Assembly: GCF_044704955.1 (NCBI RefSeq)
Contig: NC_091999.1
Span: 52,390,001-52,454,000 of the forward strand
Direction: 5' to 3'
From: Pristiophorus japonicus
Taxonomy: Eukaryota
Length of the DNA stretch: 64,000 nt
The position numbers were made by a program, and so were the translations under genes. A model generated the notes under the pieces. It saw only the letters and a list, made by a program, of their open reading frames with translations. It was not told the DNA's origin and searched no databases. How positions within the stretch are numbered: position 1 is the stretch's first letter; every line of letters starts with the position of its first letter. Shown here piece after piece: positions 13,570 through 25,290 of the stretch.

Positions 13570-15310
13570 AATAAGTAGGAACATGAGTAGACCATGTGGC
13601 CATTCAATAATATCAGGGCTGATCTTCGACCAGAACTCTACATCCTGCCCAATCCCCATATTCCTTCATTCCCCTAGTGTCAAAATTCTACCGATCACAT
13701 CCTTGAATATTCTCAGCTTCCACATAGCTTTGAAGTAGGGAATTCCAAATATACACAAACTCTGAGTGAAAAAATTCCACCTCATCTCAGTCTTAAACAG
13801 CCGACCATTATGCTGAGACTATAAGAAATAATAGCAGGAGGAAGCAATTAGGCCCCTTAAGCCTGCTGCTCTATTCAATAAGATTATGGCTGATTTTCTA
13901 ACTCAACTCAACTTTCCTGCACTGTCCCCATATCCCTTGTTTCCGTTAATATCCTAAAATCTAGCGATCTCTTTTTGAATATAAACAACGACTGAGCCCC
14001 CATACCCCTCTGCAGTAGAGAAATTCAAAGATTCATAACCTTATGAGTGAAGAAATTTCTCATTATCTCAGTCCTAAATGACCGACCCCTTATTCTGACA
14101 TTGTGACCCCAGGTTCTAGACTCCCCAGCCAGGGGAAACATTCACGTGGTATCTATCCTGTCAAGCCCTGTAAGAATTTAGCATGTTTCAATTAGATCAC
14201 CTCTCATTCTTCTAAACTCTTAACAATACAGGCCTAGTTTACTCAATCCATCCTCATAAGACAGTCCCCCTATCCCAGGAATCAACATGAGAACGTAACA
14301 ACTAGGAGCAGGAGTAGGCCATACGGCCCCTCGAGACTGCTCCACCATTTAATAAGATCATGGCGAATCCGATCAAGGATTCAGGTCCACTTCCCTGTCC
14401 GCTCTCCATAACTCCATGTTTCCTTATCGGTTAAGAAACTTTCTATTTCTGTCTTAAATTTATTCAATGACTCAGCTTCCACAGCTCACTGAGGTAGCAA
14501 ATTCCATAGATTTACAACCCTCTGAGAGAAGAAAATCCTCCTCATCTCAGTTTTAAATGGGCGGCCCTTATTCTGAGATTATTCCCCCTTGTTGTAGTCT
14601 AGTGGAAATATCCTCTCTGCATCTATCTTTTCAAGCCCCCTCATAATTTTATACGTTTCGATAAGATCACCTCTCATTCTTCTGAATTCCAATGAGTAGA
14701 GGTGCAACCTACTCAACGTTTCCTCATAAGTCAACCGCCTCATCTCGGGAATCGACCTAGTGAACCTTCTCTAACTGCCTCCAAAGCAAGTATATCCTTT
14801 CTTAAATATGTAAACCAAAACAGTACGCAGTATTCTAGGTGTGGCCTCATCAATACGCTGTATAACTATAGCAAGATGTCTCTGCTTTTATACTCCGTTC
14901 GCTTTGCAATAAAGGCCAAGTCCCCGTTAGCCTTTCTGATCACTTGGTGTACTTGCATTCTAGCCTTTTGTGATTCGTTCACCAGGACCCCCAAGTCCCG
15001 CTGCACTGCAGCATTTTTCAATTTTTCTCCATGTAAGTAATAACTTACTATTCGATTTTTTTCTGCCACAGTGCATAACCTCACTCTTTCCAACATCATT
15101 CTCCATCTGCAAAATTGTTGCCCACTGATTTAGCCAGTCTATGTCCTTTTGCAGTTTTTTTTTGTCCTCCTTATACTATGCCCCCGAGTTCTCGATTCTC
15201 CAGCCAGGGGAAATTACCTTTAAGTACCTACCCTGTCAGTTCCCCTCAGTGTCTTGTATATTTCAATAAGATGCTCTCTCATTCTTCTAAACTCCTAAGA
15301 GTATAGACCT
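13570..15310 (-). mobile_element. Cluster of nested CR1 3' fragments
   Basis: At least three CR1 3' UTRs and QRDLGVLV..KANG RT C-terminal coding. Confidence 0.85.
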
Positions 15311-16074
15311 CTAAACATAGAGAATATTATCGAGAAGAATTATTCAGGCAATTAGCTATTGAATAGATGTACTGATGCAGATAGTTATTAAAGATGCATT
15401 TAAGAGGAAGCTAGATAAGCAAATGAGGAAGATGGGAAAAGTGGATTAAGCTTATCGAGTTGGATGAGGAAGGACGGGGGGGGGAGGCTCGAGTGGAGCA
15501 GACAAGCTAACTTGGACTCGTTGGGCCGAATGGCCTATTGCTGTGCTGTTTATTCTATGTAATTCAATATAAAGAGATTTAGTGATGCATATAGTAATTA
15601 AATAGCTTCATTTATGCAGCTGGTTATTAAAGGTTTGGAGCCCTCTGCCACAAGGAGTAATTTTCTTTTCGAAATCTGTAAGCTGGTGGCATTTTTAGCA
15701 GAGGATACAGAACCATGGAGACAGTGGATTAGTTTGACAAGATTTGGATTGCTGTAGCAAAGGCCTGGCACAAACATAGTGGGCCGAATGGCATCTTTCA
15801 GTATTGAGGTGGAAGGCGGCCTACTTCAGCGCGGCAAACTTCAGCGGCTCTTAGGTTCAAAGAAGAAGACGTGCCAATCTGCACTTCCCTCAGGAAACCA
15901 GGAGCAGGTATCGCAGCGATCTGCTTTATTTCATTGGATTCACAAGTTAGGACCTGACCCTCGATTAGCCTTTATGATTACAGATACTATTACAACGTTT
16001 TTTAAGAGAGAATGTAGGCGAGGGAACGCAATCAGCGCTCTGTGATTAGAAATTAGGAATACAAGTGGACTAAA

Positions 16075-16510
16075 ACTGTAATGGGAGTTGTATTCACTGG
16101 AGTTTAGAAGGATGAGAGGGGATCTCACTGAAACTTACAACAATCTGACGGGACTCGGCAGGTTAGATGCAAGAAGAATGTTCCCGATTTAGGGGAGGTC
16201 CAGAAACAGGGGACGCAGTCAAAGGATAAGGGGTAAGCCATTTAGTACTGAGATGAGGAGAAACTTGTTCACACAGCGAGTTGTTAACCCGTGGAATTCT
16301 CTACCACAGAGAGTTGTTGATGCCAGTTCATTGGATATATTCAAGAGGGAGTTAGATCAGGCCCTTACGGCTAAAGGGAGCAAGGGGTATGGAGAGAAAG
16401 CAGACAAGGGGTGCTGAGGTGAATGTTCAGCCACGAACTCATTGAATGGCGGTGCAGGCTAGAAGGGCGGAATGGCCTACTCCTGCACCTATTTTCTATG
16501 TTTCTATGTT
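16075..16510 (+). mobile_element. CR1 3' end with (ttctatgt)n tail
   Basis: LYSLEFRRMRGDL coding, 3' UTR and tail; near-identical to the copies at ~36080-36510 and 37216-37542. Confidence 0.85.
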
Positions 16511-16942
16511 TCAAGATATTTTTGTGGAGCAATATGTTATGCAACCAACAGGAGGACAAGCCTTACTAGATTTAGTAAGGAGTAATGCATCAGAATTAGT
16601 CAATAATCTAACAGTAAGGGAACATTCATTCAACAGTGATTACAATACGATCGAATTCATTGTTTGAAAAGAAGAACCGTAACAAAGTTACTAATATTCT
16701 ACCTTTGGTGAGGCTAAAACTGAACAACTAATGCAAAATGCTGCAGTTGCTATTTGAATTTGAAAAAAATAAGCGCAGAAGTGCCTCCGTGTGCTTGATA
16801 TATATCAGAAGTAATTCCCTTTCTTGTCCCTCTGTTCTCTCAGTCAGTGAAGAGTGGCGCCACATTCACTTTAATCCATACGTTTGTCACGTAACTATGC
16901 ACACGAATGTTACCATGTCACTCCAAAGTCCTTGCCCGAAGT

Positions 16943-17065
16943 TACTTATGTACAGCAGGCTTTAAATTGTCCTTAACTGTGGGAGCGCCATTTGTGGTGG
17001 CTCTGGGAACTGTTCGTTTGGATGGATATTCTGGTGTCCATCACGGTTACTTCTGGAGATCATGA
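16943..17065 (-). pseudogene. 3' half (FR3-like sequence plus degenerate 23-RSS) of a decayed IgVH-like V
   Basis: ttcatgatctccaga...caaacgaacagt resembles VH FR3 ttcaccatctccaga...caaatgaacagt; followed by CACAGTT, 23 nt, ACATAAGTA (16981-16943); the YYC motif is absent. Confidence 0.45.
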
Positions 17066-17420
17066 ATATTTGAGCATGCCTTTTCCCCGGGAGAAAATGA
17101 GCTAGGTAGACTCTGCAGCAGGGAAGCTCACACTTGGTCTGTACAGGGATTCGGTATGAGCACCCGAATATTCTTGAGCTGGTCAATTATATTTGTAACT
17201 CTAATTATAATGTATACGTTTAAAAATTGAAATAACTCTAACCCATTAGTGAAGAAACACAGACTATTGATCGCTGCCCTAAATACCATGAGGCAACTGT
17301 TCTGTATTATTAATCAAGATGAATATATATGAAATCTATTATTTTAATTCAACTATTAACTGACAAAGTCGAATGATAGAGCAATTGCACCATTCTCGAA
17401 GACAAGACCAGGAACTGGCA
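17066..17420 (+). repeat. Left arm of a long inverted repeat flanking V3
   Basis: Reverse complement of 18028-18385; 47/60 identities in the block 17111-17170 vs 18281-18340, with similarity continuing along the arm. Confidence 0.9.
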
Positions 17421-17458
17421 GTTTTTGTAGCAGTGTCAAGAGTTCATGTAACGCGGTG
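17420..17458 (-). other. 23-RSS of V3
   Basis: CACCGCG, 23 nt, ACAAAAACT. Confidence 0.9.
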
Positions 17459-17874
17459 CTAAATAGCTGCGCAGTAATACACGGCGGAGTCAGACAGCTG
17501 GGTGGGTGTGATGTTCAAAGGGATGTTTTTGTTCATTCTGTCCTGTACGGCAGAAAACCGCTTTATAAAGGCTGCTGCATTCTCTTCATTCCCAGCAGTG
17601 TGTCTGACGAGCATGTACTGAAGGCCTTTTCCCAAGTACTGTACATACCAGAATAGGTTAGCGGCTGTGTATGTGGCAGGGTAGTTACAGGGCAACACCG
17701 CCTTACCTCCTTCACTCGCTGCTGCTGCTGAAGGCCTTTGGGAAAGTTCACCCTGCCGGCTGGGTGCTGCAACCAAAGAGGAGGTTATCAACAGAACATT
17801 TCGATATAAAGTGTTTTTGTACCTTAGAGCAAACACACAAACTCAGATACACAATGACACACGCATTCAGACAT
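17459..17874 (-). pseudogene. TCR alpha/delta-like V gene (V3): open V exon, apparently defective leader
   Basis: V exon 17766-17459 (LPCNY...NLFWYVQYLGKGLQYML...RFSA...LNIT..QLSDSAVYYCAAI*). Candidate leader 17874-17823 has an in-frame TAA, and the hydrophobic frame lacks an in-frame ATG; 56-bp intron. Confidence 0.8.
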
Positions 17875-18027
17875 CTCCCCGCTGATTCAGATATTAACTG
17901 CACTGCCAATGTGAAACAGAATGGGAAAGTCCAAAGCTTTAGCACCTCATTAAGCTGATCGCAGGCTGCGACCGATTTTATGAGCCTGCAGGTTGAAATC
18001 ATAGTTCTATCTCCAGGGTCATACTGG

Positions 18028-18385
18028 TGCCAGTTAGGTTAATGGCTGCGATTAGCGAATGGTGAAATCACTCTGTCAGTTAATAGTTCAAGTTGAAATT
18101 ATAGATATTATACGTATTCATCTTAACCAATAACACAGAACAGATGCCCCTGGTGTTTAGGGCAGCGAATAATAGCCTGTGTTTCACCAATAAGAACTGA
18201 TACCTTGGGTTAGAATTATTGAAATTTATAAACATATTAATGAATATTGGAATTACAAATATAATTGGCTTGCTGAAGGACATTCGGGTTCGCAGACCAG
18301 TTCCGTGTACAGCCCAGGTGTGAGCTTCCCGACTGCAGACACCGCCTCACACATTTTATACCAGGGAAACAATGGTCTCAGTGTC
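18028..18385 (-). repeat. Right arm of the long inverted repeat flanking V3
   Basis: Reverse complement of 17066-17420 (shared blocks gggaagctcacac, caattatatttgtaa, cgctgccctaaa, aactattaactgaca, aactggca). Confidence 0.9.
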
Positions 18386-18700
18386 CGGGAATAAGTGCGT
18401 TAAGCAGCCAGGGTCTCGGTCCCGCGGGTAGATGCACCTCTGCGGACCTGCCATGTTTACAGTAACCAGCCATGTTGCAGCTATTTGGAATAGTCTATGA
18501 ACACTCACTGACGGGTGGGCAAATCCCGAGGAACCGCGCATCAATTTGACTCCGCCGTCAACAGTAGACACAATAAAAATTAGAAAATAAACAAAAGCTT
18601 CATTAATAAACAAAATAACTATTATAATCTTATGAAATACCTACCCGGTAGAACGGTTAGGAGGAAAAGTACTGCACTGACGGGCACTGTTGTGATCCAT
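18386..18700 (-). pseudogene. 5' half (leader, intron, FR1-FR2) of a decayed IgVH-like V
   Basis: Leader 18700-18645 M(+1)ITTVPVSAVLFLLTVLP with donor gtaggt; 80-bp intron with a damaged acceptor; then AVDGGVKLMRGSSGFAHP and, after a frameshift, SCNMAGY...PAGPRPWLL. Confidence 0.5.
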
Positions 18701-19001
18701 AACGCACTCTGTGAATTATGAGCTGTATTCATGTTTTATTCCATGTACAAGTACCAGACTGTATGGAGATATACGCTGCACATACAAGAAGGTTATTATA
18801 CCCAACTACCGCGTTTGCGGTTACATGGACATGCATATAGCAATAATGGGAAAATGTAAATAACATCTGTCAGTTTTCAACACTGGGTGTCTCCCAAAAG
18901 CCGATAGGTCGGTGTTGAAAAGGGCGGGACAGCAAAAAAAGTGAAGATACTAGAACGGAGATCCAAATTAGCAACTACAGCCCAGCCCAGCGTCAGCGTC
19001 C

Positions 19002-21105
19002 ATGGGCATCAATGACCATTGTTATTTGATGGACACCAATGACCATTGTTATTTGATGGACACCAATGACCATTGTTATTTGATGGACACCAATGACCAT
19101 TGTTATTTGCTGGACACCAATGACTATTGTTATTTGCTGGACACCAATGACTATTGTTATTTGATGGACATCAATAACCATTATTATTTGATGGGTAGCA
19201 ATGACCATTGTTATATGATAGGTAACAATAACCATTGTTATTTAATGGACACCAGTGACTATTGTTATTTGATGGACACCAATGGCCATTGATATTTAAT
19301 GGACACCAATGACCATTGTTATTTGATGGACATCAATGGCCATTGTTATTTAATGGACACCAATGACCATTGTTATTTGATGGACATCAATGGCCATTGT
19401 TATTTAATGGACACCAATGACCATTGTTATTTGATGGACACCAATGACCATTGTTATTTGATGGACACCAGTGACCATTGATATTTGATGGACACCAATG
19501 ACCATTGATATTTGATGGACACCAGTGATCATTGTTATTTGATGTACACCAGTGACAATTGATATTTGATGGACACCAATGACCATTATTATATAATGGA
19601 CACCAATGACCATTGTTATTTGATGGACACCAATGACCATTGTTATTTAATGGAAACCACTGACCATTTTTATTTGATGGACATCAATGGCCATTGTTAT
19701 TTAATGGACACCAATGACCATTGTTATTTGATGGACACCAGTGACCATTGATATTTTATGGACACCAATGACCACTGATATTTGATGGACACCAGTGACC
19801 ATTGTTATTTGATGGACACCAGTGACAATTGATATTTGATGGACACCAATGACCATTGTTATATAATGGACACCAATGACCATTGTTATTTGATGGACAC
19901 CAATGACCATTGTTATTTAATGGAAACCACTGACCATTGTTATTTGATGGGCACCAATGACCATTGTTATTTGATGGGTAGCAATGACCATTGTTATTTA
20001 ATGGACTCCAGTGACCATTGTTATTTGATGGGCACCAATGACCATTGTTATTTGATGGGTAGCAATTACCATTGTTATTTAATGGACACCAGTGACCATT
20101 GTTATTTAATTGACGCCAATGACCATTTTTATTTAATTGATGCCAATGACCATTGTTATTTGATGGACATCAATGGCCATTGTTATTTGATGGACAACAA
20201 TGACAATTGTTATTTAATGGACACCAGTTACCATTATTATTAGATGTGTAGCAATGACCATTGTTATTTAATGGACACCAGTGACCAGTGTTATTTAATG
20301 GACACCAGTGTCCATTGTAATTTGATGGACACCAATGACCATTGTTATTTAATGGACTCCAGTTACCATTGTTATTAGATGGGTAGCAATGACCATTGTT
20401 ATTTGATGGGCACCAATGACCATTGTTATTTGATGGGCACCAATGACCATTGTTATTTGATGGGCAGCAATGACCATTGTTATTTGATGGGCACCAATGA
20501 CCATTGTTATTTGATGGGCAGCAATGACAACTCTTATTTGATGAACACCAATGACCATTGTTATTTGATGGGCACCAATGACCATTGTTATTTGATGGGC
20601 ACCAATGACCATTGTTATTTGATGGGCAGCAATGACAACTCTTATTTGATGAACACCAATGACCATTGTTATTTGATGGGCACCAATGACCATTGTTATT
20701 TGATGGGCACCAATGACCATTGTTATTTGATGGGTACCAATGACCATTGTTATTTTATGGGTACCAATGACCATTGTTATTTGATGGGTGCCAATGACCA
20801 TTGTTATTTTATGGGTACCAGTGACCATTGTTATTTCATGGACAACAATGACCATTGTTATTGATGGGAAGCAATGACCATTGTGATTCAATGGACACCA
20901 ATGACGATTGCAATTTGATGGGCAATAATGACCGTTGTGACTTAATGGACACCAGTGACCATTGTTATTTCATGGACACCAGTGACCATTGTTATTTGAT
21001 GTGTAGCAATGAACATTGTAATTGGATGGTCAGCAATGACCATTGTTATTTGAAGGGTAGCAATGAACATTGTAATTTGATGGACAGCAATGACGATTGT
21101 TATTT
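19002..21105. repeat. 27-bp minisatellite, about 78 units
   Basis: Unit atggacaccaatgaccattgttatttg; source of the MDTNDHCYL and MVIGVHQIT pseudo-ORFs. Confidence 0.98.
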
Positions 21106-22268
21106 AAGAACATAAGAACACAATAAATAGGAACAGGATTAGGCCATAGGGCCCTGCGAGCCCTTCCGCCATTCAACAGCATCATGGCTGATCTGATCAT
21201 GGGCTCAGCTTCGCTTCCACGCCTGCTCCCCATAAACCCTGATCCCCTTATCGGTTAAGAAAGTGTCTATTTCTGTCTCAAATGCATTCAATGTCCCAGC
21301 TTCCACAGCTCTCTGAGGCAGCGAATTCCAAGGATTCACAAAACACGAAGAGAGGAAATTCCTCCTCATCTCTGTTTTAATTGGGTGGCATCTTATTCTG
21401 AGATCATGCCCTCTAGTTTGAGTCTCCCCCATCAGTGGAAACATCATCTCTGCATCCGCCTTGTCAATCCCCCTCATAATCTGATACGTTTCAATAAGAT
21501 CACCTCTCATTTTTCTGAATTCCAATGAGTAGAGGCCCAAGCTACTCTATCTTTCCTCATAAGTACCCTCATCACCAGAATCAACCCAGTGAACTTTCTC
21601 TGCACTGCCTCCAAAGCAAGTATATCCATTCCTAAAAATGGAAAACAAAGCTGTACGCAGTATTGCAGGTATGGTTTCAGCAATACCTTGCATAGCTGTA
21701 GCAATATTTCCCTGCTTTTATGCTCCATCCCCTTTGCAATAACGGCCAAGATACCATTGGCCTTCCTGATCACTTGCTGTACCTGCACAATATACTTTTG
21801 TGTTTGACACACAAGTACCCACAGGTCCCACTGTAATGCAGCACTTTGCAATCTTTCTCCATTTAAATATTATCTTGTTATTAGATTTTTTCTGCCAAAG
21901 TGCACGACCTCGCACTTTCCAAAATTATACTCCATCTGCAAAACGTTTGCGCACTCACTTAACCTTTCTATGACCCTTTGCAGATTTTTGGTGTCCTCGT
22001 CACACATTGCATTTCCATCCATCTTTGTATCATGAGCAAACTTGGCGAGGTTTCACTCAGTCCCTTCTACCAAGTCGTTAATATAGATTGTAAATAGTTG
22101 GGGTCCCAGCGCTGATCCCTGTGGCACCGCACTAACTACTGGTTGCCAACCACAGAATGAACCATTTATGCCGACACTCTGTTTTCTATTAGTTAGCCAA
22201 TCCTCTAACCATGCTGATATATTACCCCAACCTCGTGAACTTTTATCTTGTGCACTAACCTTTTATGT
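21106..22268 (-). mobile_element. CR1 LINE 3' portion
   Basis: GLYSLEFRKMRGDLIETY and KANGILAVIAKG motifs with 3' UTR. Confidence 0.9.
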
Positions 22269-22599
22269 GGAAGCTTCCTTCTGCTCTGGTCCCTGGAGCT
22301 TGTGTTTTGTATATTCCCTTTCGCCTTTTCCTTCATGCTTTTGCAGACTTTGAAGATGGTAAGACATTGTATAAGCATTCCATTTTCTCAGGATGTTTAC
22401 TGTATTCATTTTCGATACTGAGTAGATCAAAATGAGGTAATCCCATCCATCGAGGCTTCGCCAGCTCTTGGTAGAGGTGTCCAATTCGTCTCAGGTGCAG
22501 TGATGAACAGGGGCCAAGAGTCGGAAACATGAATCCATGTACGGACCTTGGGGCTTGTTAGAATTTCAAAATGCCATTTGTGTTTTGGGTCAAGGAACA

Positions 22600-22920
22600 A
22601 ATTTGTGGGGACATGGAAGCCATTTGAGGGGTTTTGATAGAATAAATAGGGGCAATCTTTTTCCAGTGGCAGGAGGTGGGTAACCAAAGAACACGGTTAA
22701 AATAATTGTTTAAAACAGGGGTGGGATGAGATTTAATTTTTCATACAGCGAGTTGTTTTGATCTGGAATGCACTGCCTGAAAGGTTGGTGGAAGCAGATT
22801 GAATTTTAACTTTAGAAACAATTTGCAGAGCGACGGGTTCAGGGTGGGACTAATTAACAGCTCTTTCCAAGAGCCGGCACTGGCACGATGGGATGAACAA
22901 TGCTAAATGATACAATGATA
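22600..22920 (+). mobile_element. CR1 3' fragment
   Basis: cagcgagttg..gatctggaatgcactgcctgaaagg motif shared with other CR1 3' ends. Confidence 0.7.
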
Positions 22921-23263
22921 TAGCTACAAGTTTATGTCGATCATTTTGCAGCAGTTTCATGCCGGCCATTTTGCAGCAGGTTCATGGTGGCCATGTTGTG
23001 ACAGATTCATGGTGGACATTTTGCTGAGTCCCAGCTGAGCTATTTTGCTCGCAGTCAATCTCACCTTCTTGAGTATATTGCATATCCAGCTTCCCAAGTA
23101 AGACCCACACGATTCAATACAAAGACCGGTCACACCTGAAATGCCATTTGGAGGAGGCGAGATGTAGCGTCCAGGGACCTTTATACAATATTTGAAAACA
23201 ATGAAGCCAGTTTTTATAAAAACAATGAGATCAGGCGTGTGCTGAATTAAGACAGTGCAGGGA

Positions 23264-23578
23264 CAACAACAATAACTTGCATTTATATAAAGCCTTTTTT
23301 GTTATGAACTGTTCCAAGAAGATTCGCAGGATTGATTATCAGATAACATTTTACTTTGAGACATACTAGGAGATATTGGCAGAGTTGACCAAATCGTCAA
23401 AGGGGGAGGTTTTATGAAGTGCTTAAAGTAGGAAGGGCAGAGAGGTTTAGTGAGGGAATTCCAGAGCTTCGGGTCTAGGCAGCTGAAGGCACGGCCACCA
23501 ATTGTCCAGTCATTAAAATAGGAGGTGCTCAAGAGGCCAACATTGGAGGAATGCAGAGATCTTTTAGAGTTGTTGGAT
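23264..23578 (-). mobile_element. L2-type LINE 3' end
   Basis: GGRAFSCLDPKLWNSL motif and (gtt)n tail. Confidence 0.75.
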
Positions 23579-23579
23579 C

Positions 23580-24100
23580 ACTAGTTACAGAGTCCGACTC
23601 CATACTAGGAGAGGCACACTGTACACAGAAACATTTGTTAGTGTCTGACTCTATACTGGGAGAGACACACACTTTATACAGGAACACTTGTTACAACTTC
23701 CATCTTAACACTGGGATAGGCACACTGTACACAAGGACATTTGTTAGCTAGTCTGACTCCACACTGGGAGAGGCACATACTATTCACCAGGACACTTGTT
23801 ACAAAGTCTGACTCCACACCGGGATATACACACTGTACGCAGGGAGATTTGTTACAGAGTCTGACTCCATGCTTGGAGGCACATACTGTTCACAGGAACA
23901 CTTGTTACAGAGTCTTACTCATCACTGGGAGAGACACACACTGTACAGAGGAACACTTCTTAGAAAGCCTGATTCCACACCGGGATATGCACACTGTACA
24001 CAGGGACTTCTGTTGCAGCGTCGCACTGCACACTGGGAGAAAGGCACACTGTATGCAGGGCGACTAGTTACAGACTCCACTTACAACTGGGAGGGACACC
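23580..24100. repeat. ~55-bp minisatellite, about 9-10 units
   Basis: Unit approximately cttgttacagagtctgactccacactgggagaggcacacactgtacacaggaaca. Confidence 0.9.
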
Positions 24101-24889
24101 CAGGAATGCCGATTGCAATTGTCAATGTCTCACTCATCTCAGACTGAGCCCCATCCTAGGCCCTTCCTGTCTGTGCATTTCGTGGGTGCCCCATTGGCGC
24201 ATATTCAGCCCCGGTTATCCTGCAGAAGCAGGTGCTGTGGGGCGGGGTGGCTGAGTCACGGGACCCTGTTGCTGGACCTCCGACGTCACAATGGGCTCAA
24301 CTCGAGCGGAAAACCCTTAAAGGGCCATCAGGATTTAAACCTGTTGAGGTCGGTTAAAGGGGAGGGGCAGAAAAATCAGTCAACATTTTCCATATGAGAG
24401 CCGTGATGTTTATGAACTGAAATGTTCACAGTTTCACGCTTAGTCTGGGTCTGGATTCCTGCAGCGACCTCCGATGTCTCTATGAGTTTCAACTGAACGT
24501 ATTCCCGCACAGGAAATAAACAGACTGAAGAACGGGCTTAATTTTTCAAAAATAATTACAAACAAATATTCCCCATAAGAGTGACTGATTCCCATTTATA
24601 TTGTATTTATTACATTAACCGTTAATACAAACACTCACCAGGTCCGCTCCAGACTCCTGCAGGTCAGTATGAGCCGGCAGCGAGCGGGGACAGATTGGTC
24701 GGTGAAGGAGTTTGATTCCAGGTTCAGATGCGTCAGTGACGGGATTGAACCCCGAACATCAGTGAGAACCTCGGCACAAGAATCTGTGAGACCGACATCA
24801 TCCTGCCTGGAGATTAGCAACAAAGATGAAAAGGGAGACAGACAAAGAGAGATAGAAAATAATAACATGATTTAGTGTTTTTCTTAAAA

Positions 24890-25290
24890 CGATTGCTGAT
24901 ATTAATAAATGTCAGTGTTTATTAATAACACTATTACATATGCTAATAAATGTCAGTGTTTATTAATAGTACGATTACTGATAATAATGTATAGTGTTGT
25001 TTAATAACACTATTATATGTACTAATAATAATATACAGTGTTTTTAATAATACTATTACTCATACTAATGTACATTTTTTAACGTTACGGATGTTAATAA
25101 ACACTACATTAGTAATACTATTACTGATACTAAAGTACAGTGTTTAATAATACCTACTGATATTAATAAACTCAGTACATTATTCGTATCAGTATTATTA
25201 TTTTACACTGCACATTATTAGGATCAGTAATAGTGTTACTAATGAACACAGTACATTATTATTAGTAACACTATTACTGATAATCATTTA
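24890..25290. repeat. AT-rich ~40-bp degenerate tandem repeat in the NLR intron, resuming at ~26378-26445
   Basis: Recurrent ttaataacactattactgatattaataaatgtcagtgttta. Confidence 0.75.

Noticed and set aside
16984-16997. CTCF-like CCACAAATGGCGCT beside the degenerate RSS
   Set aside because: Mismatch at the conserved AG, and it lies on the coding side of the heptamer; too weak to call.
18993-21115. Cys/His-rich repeat ORFs (MDTNDHCYL)n as a metal-binding protein, or the array as CRISPR
   Set aside because: Pure 27-bp tandem repeat with scattered stops, no unique spacers and no gene structure, in eukaryotic DNA.
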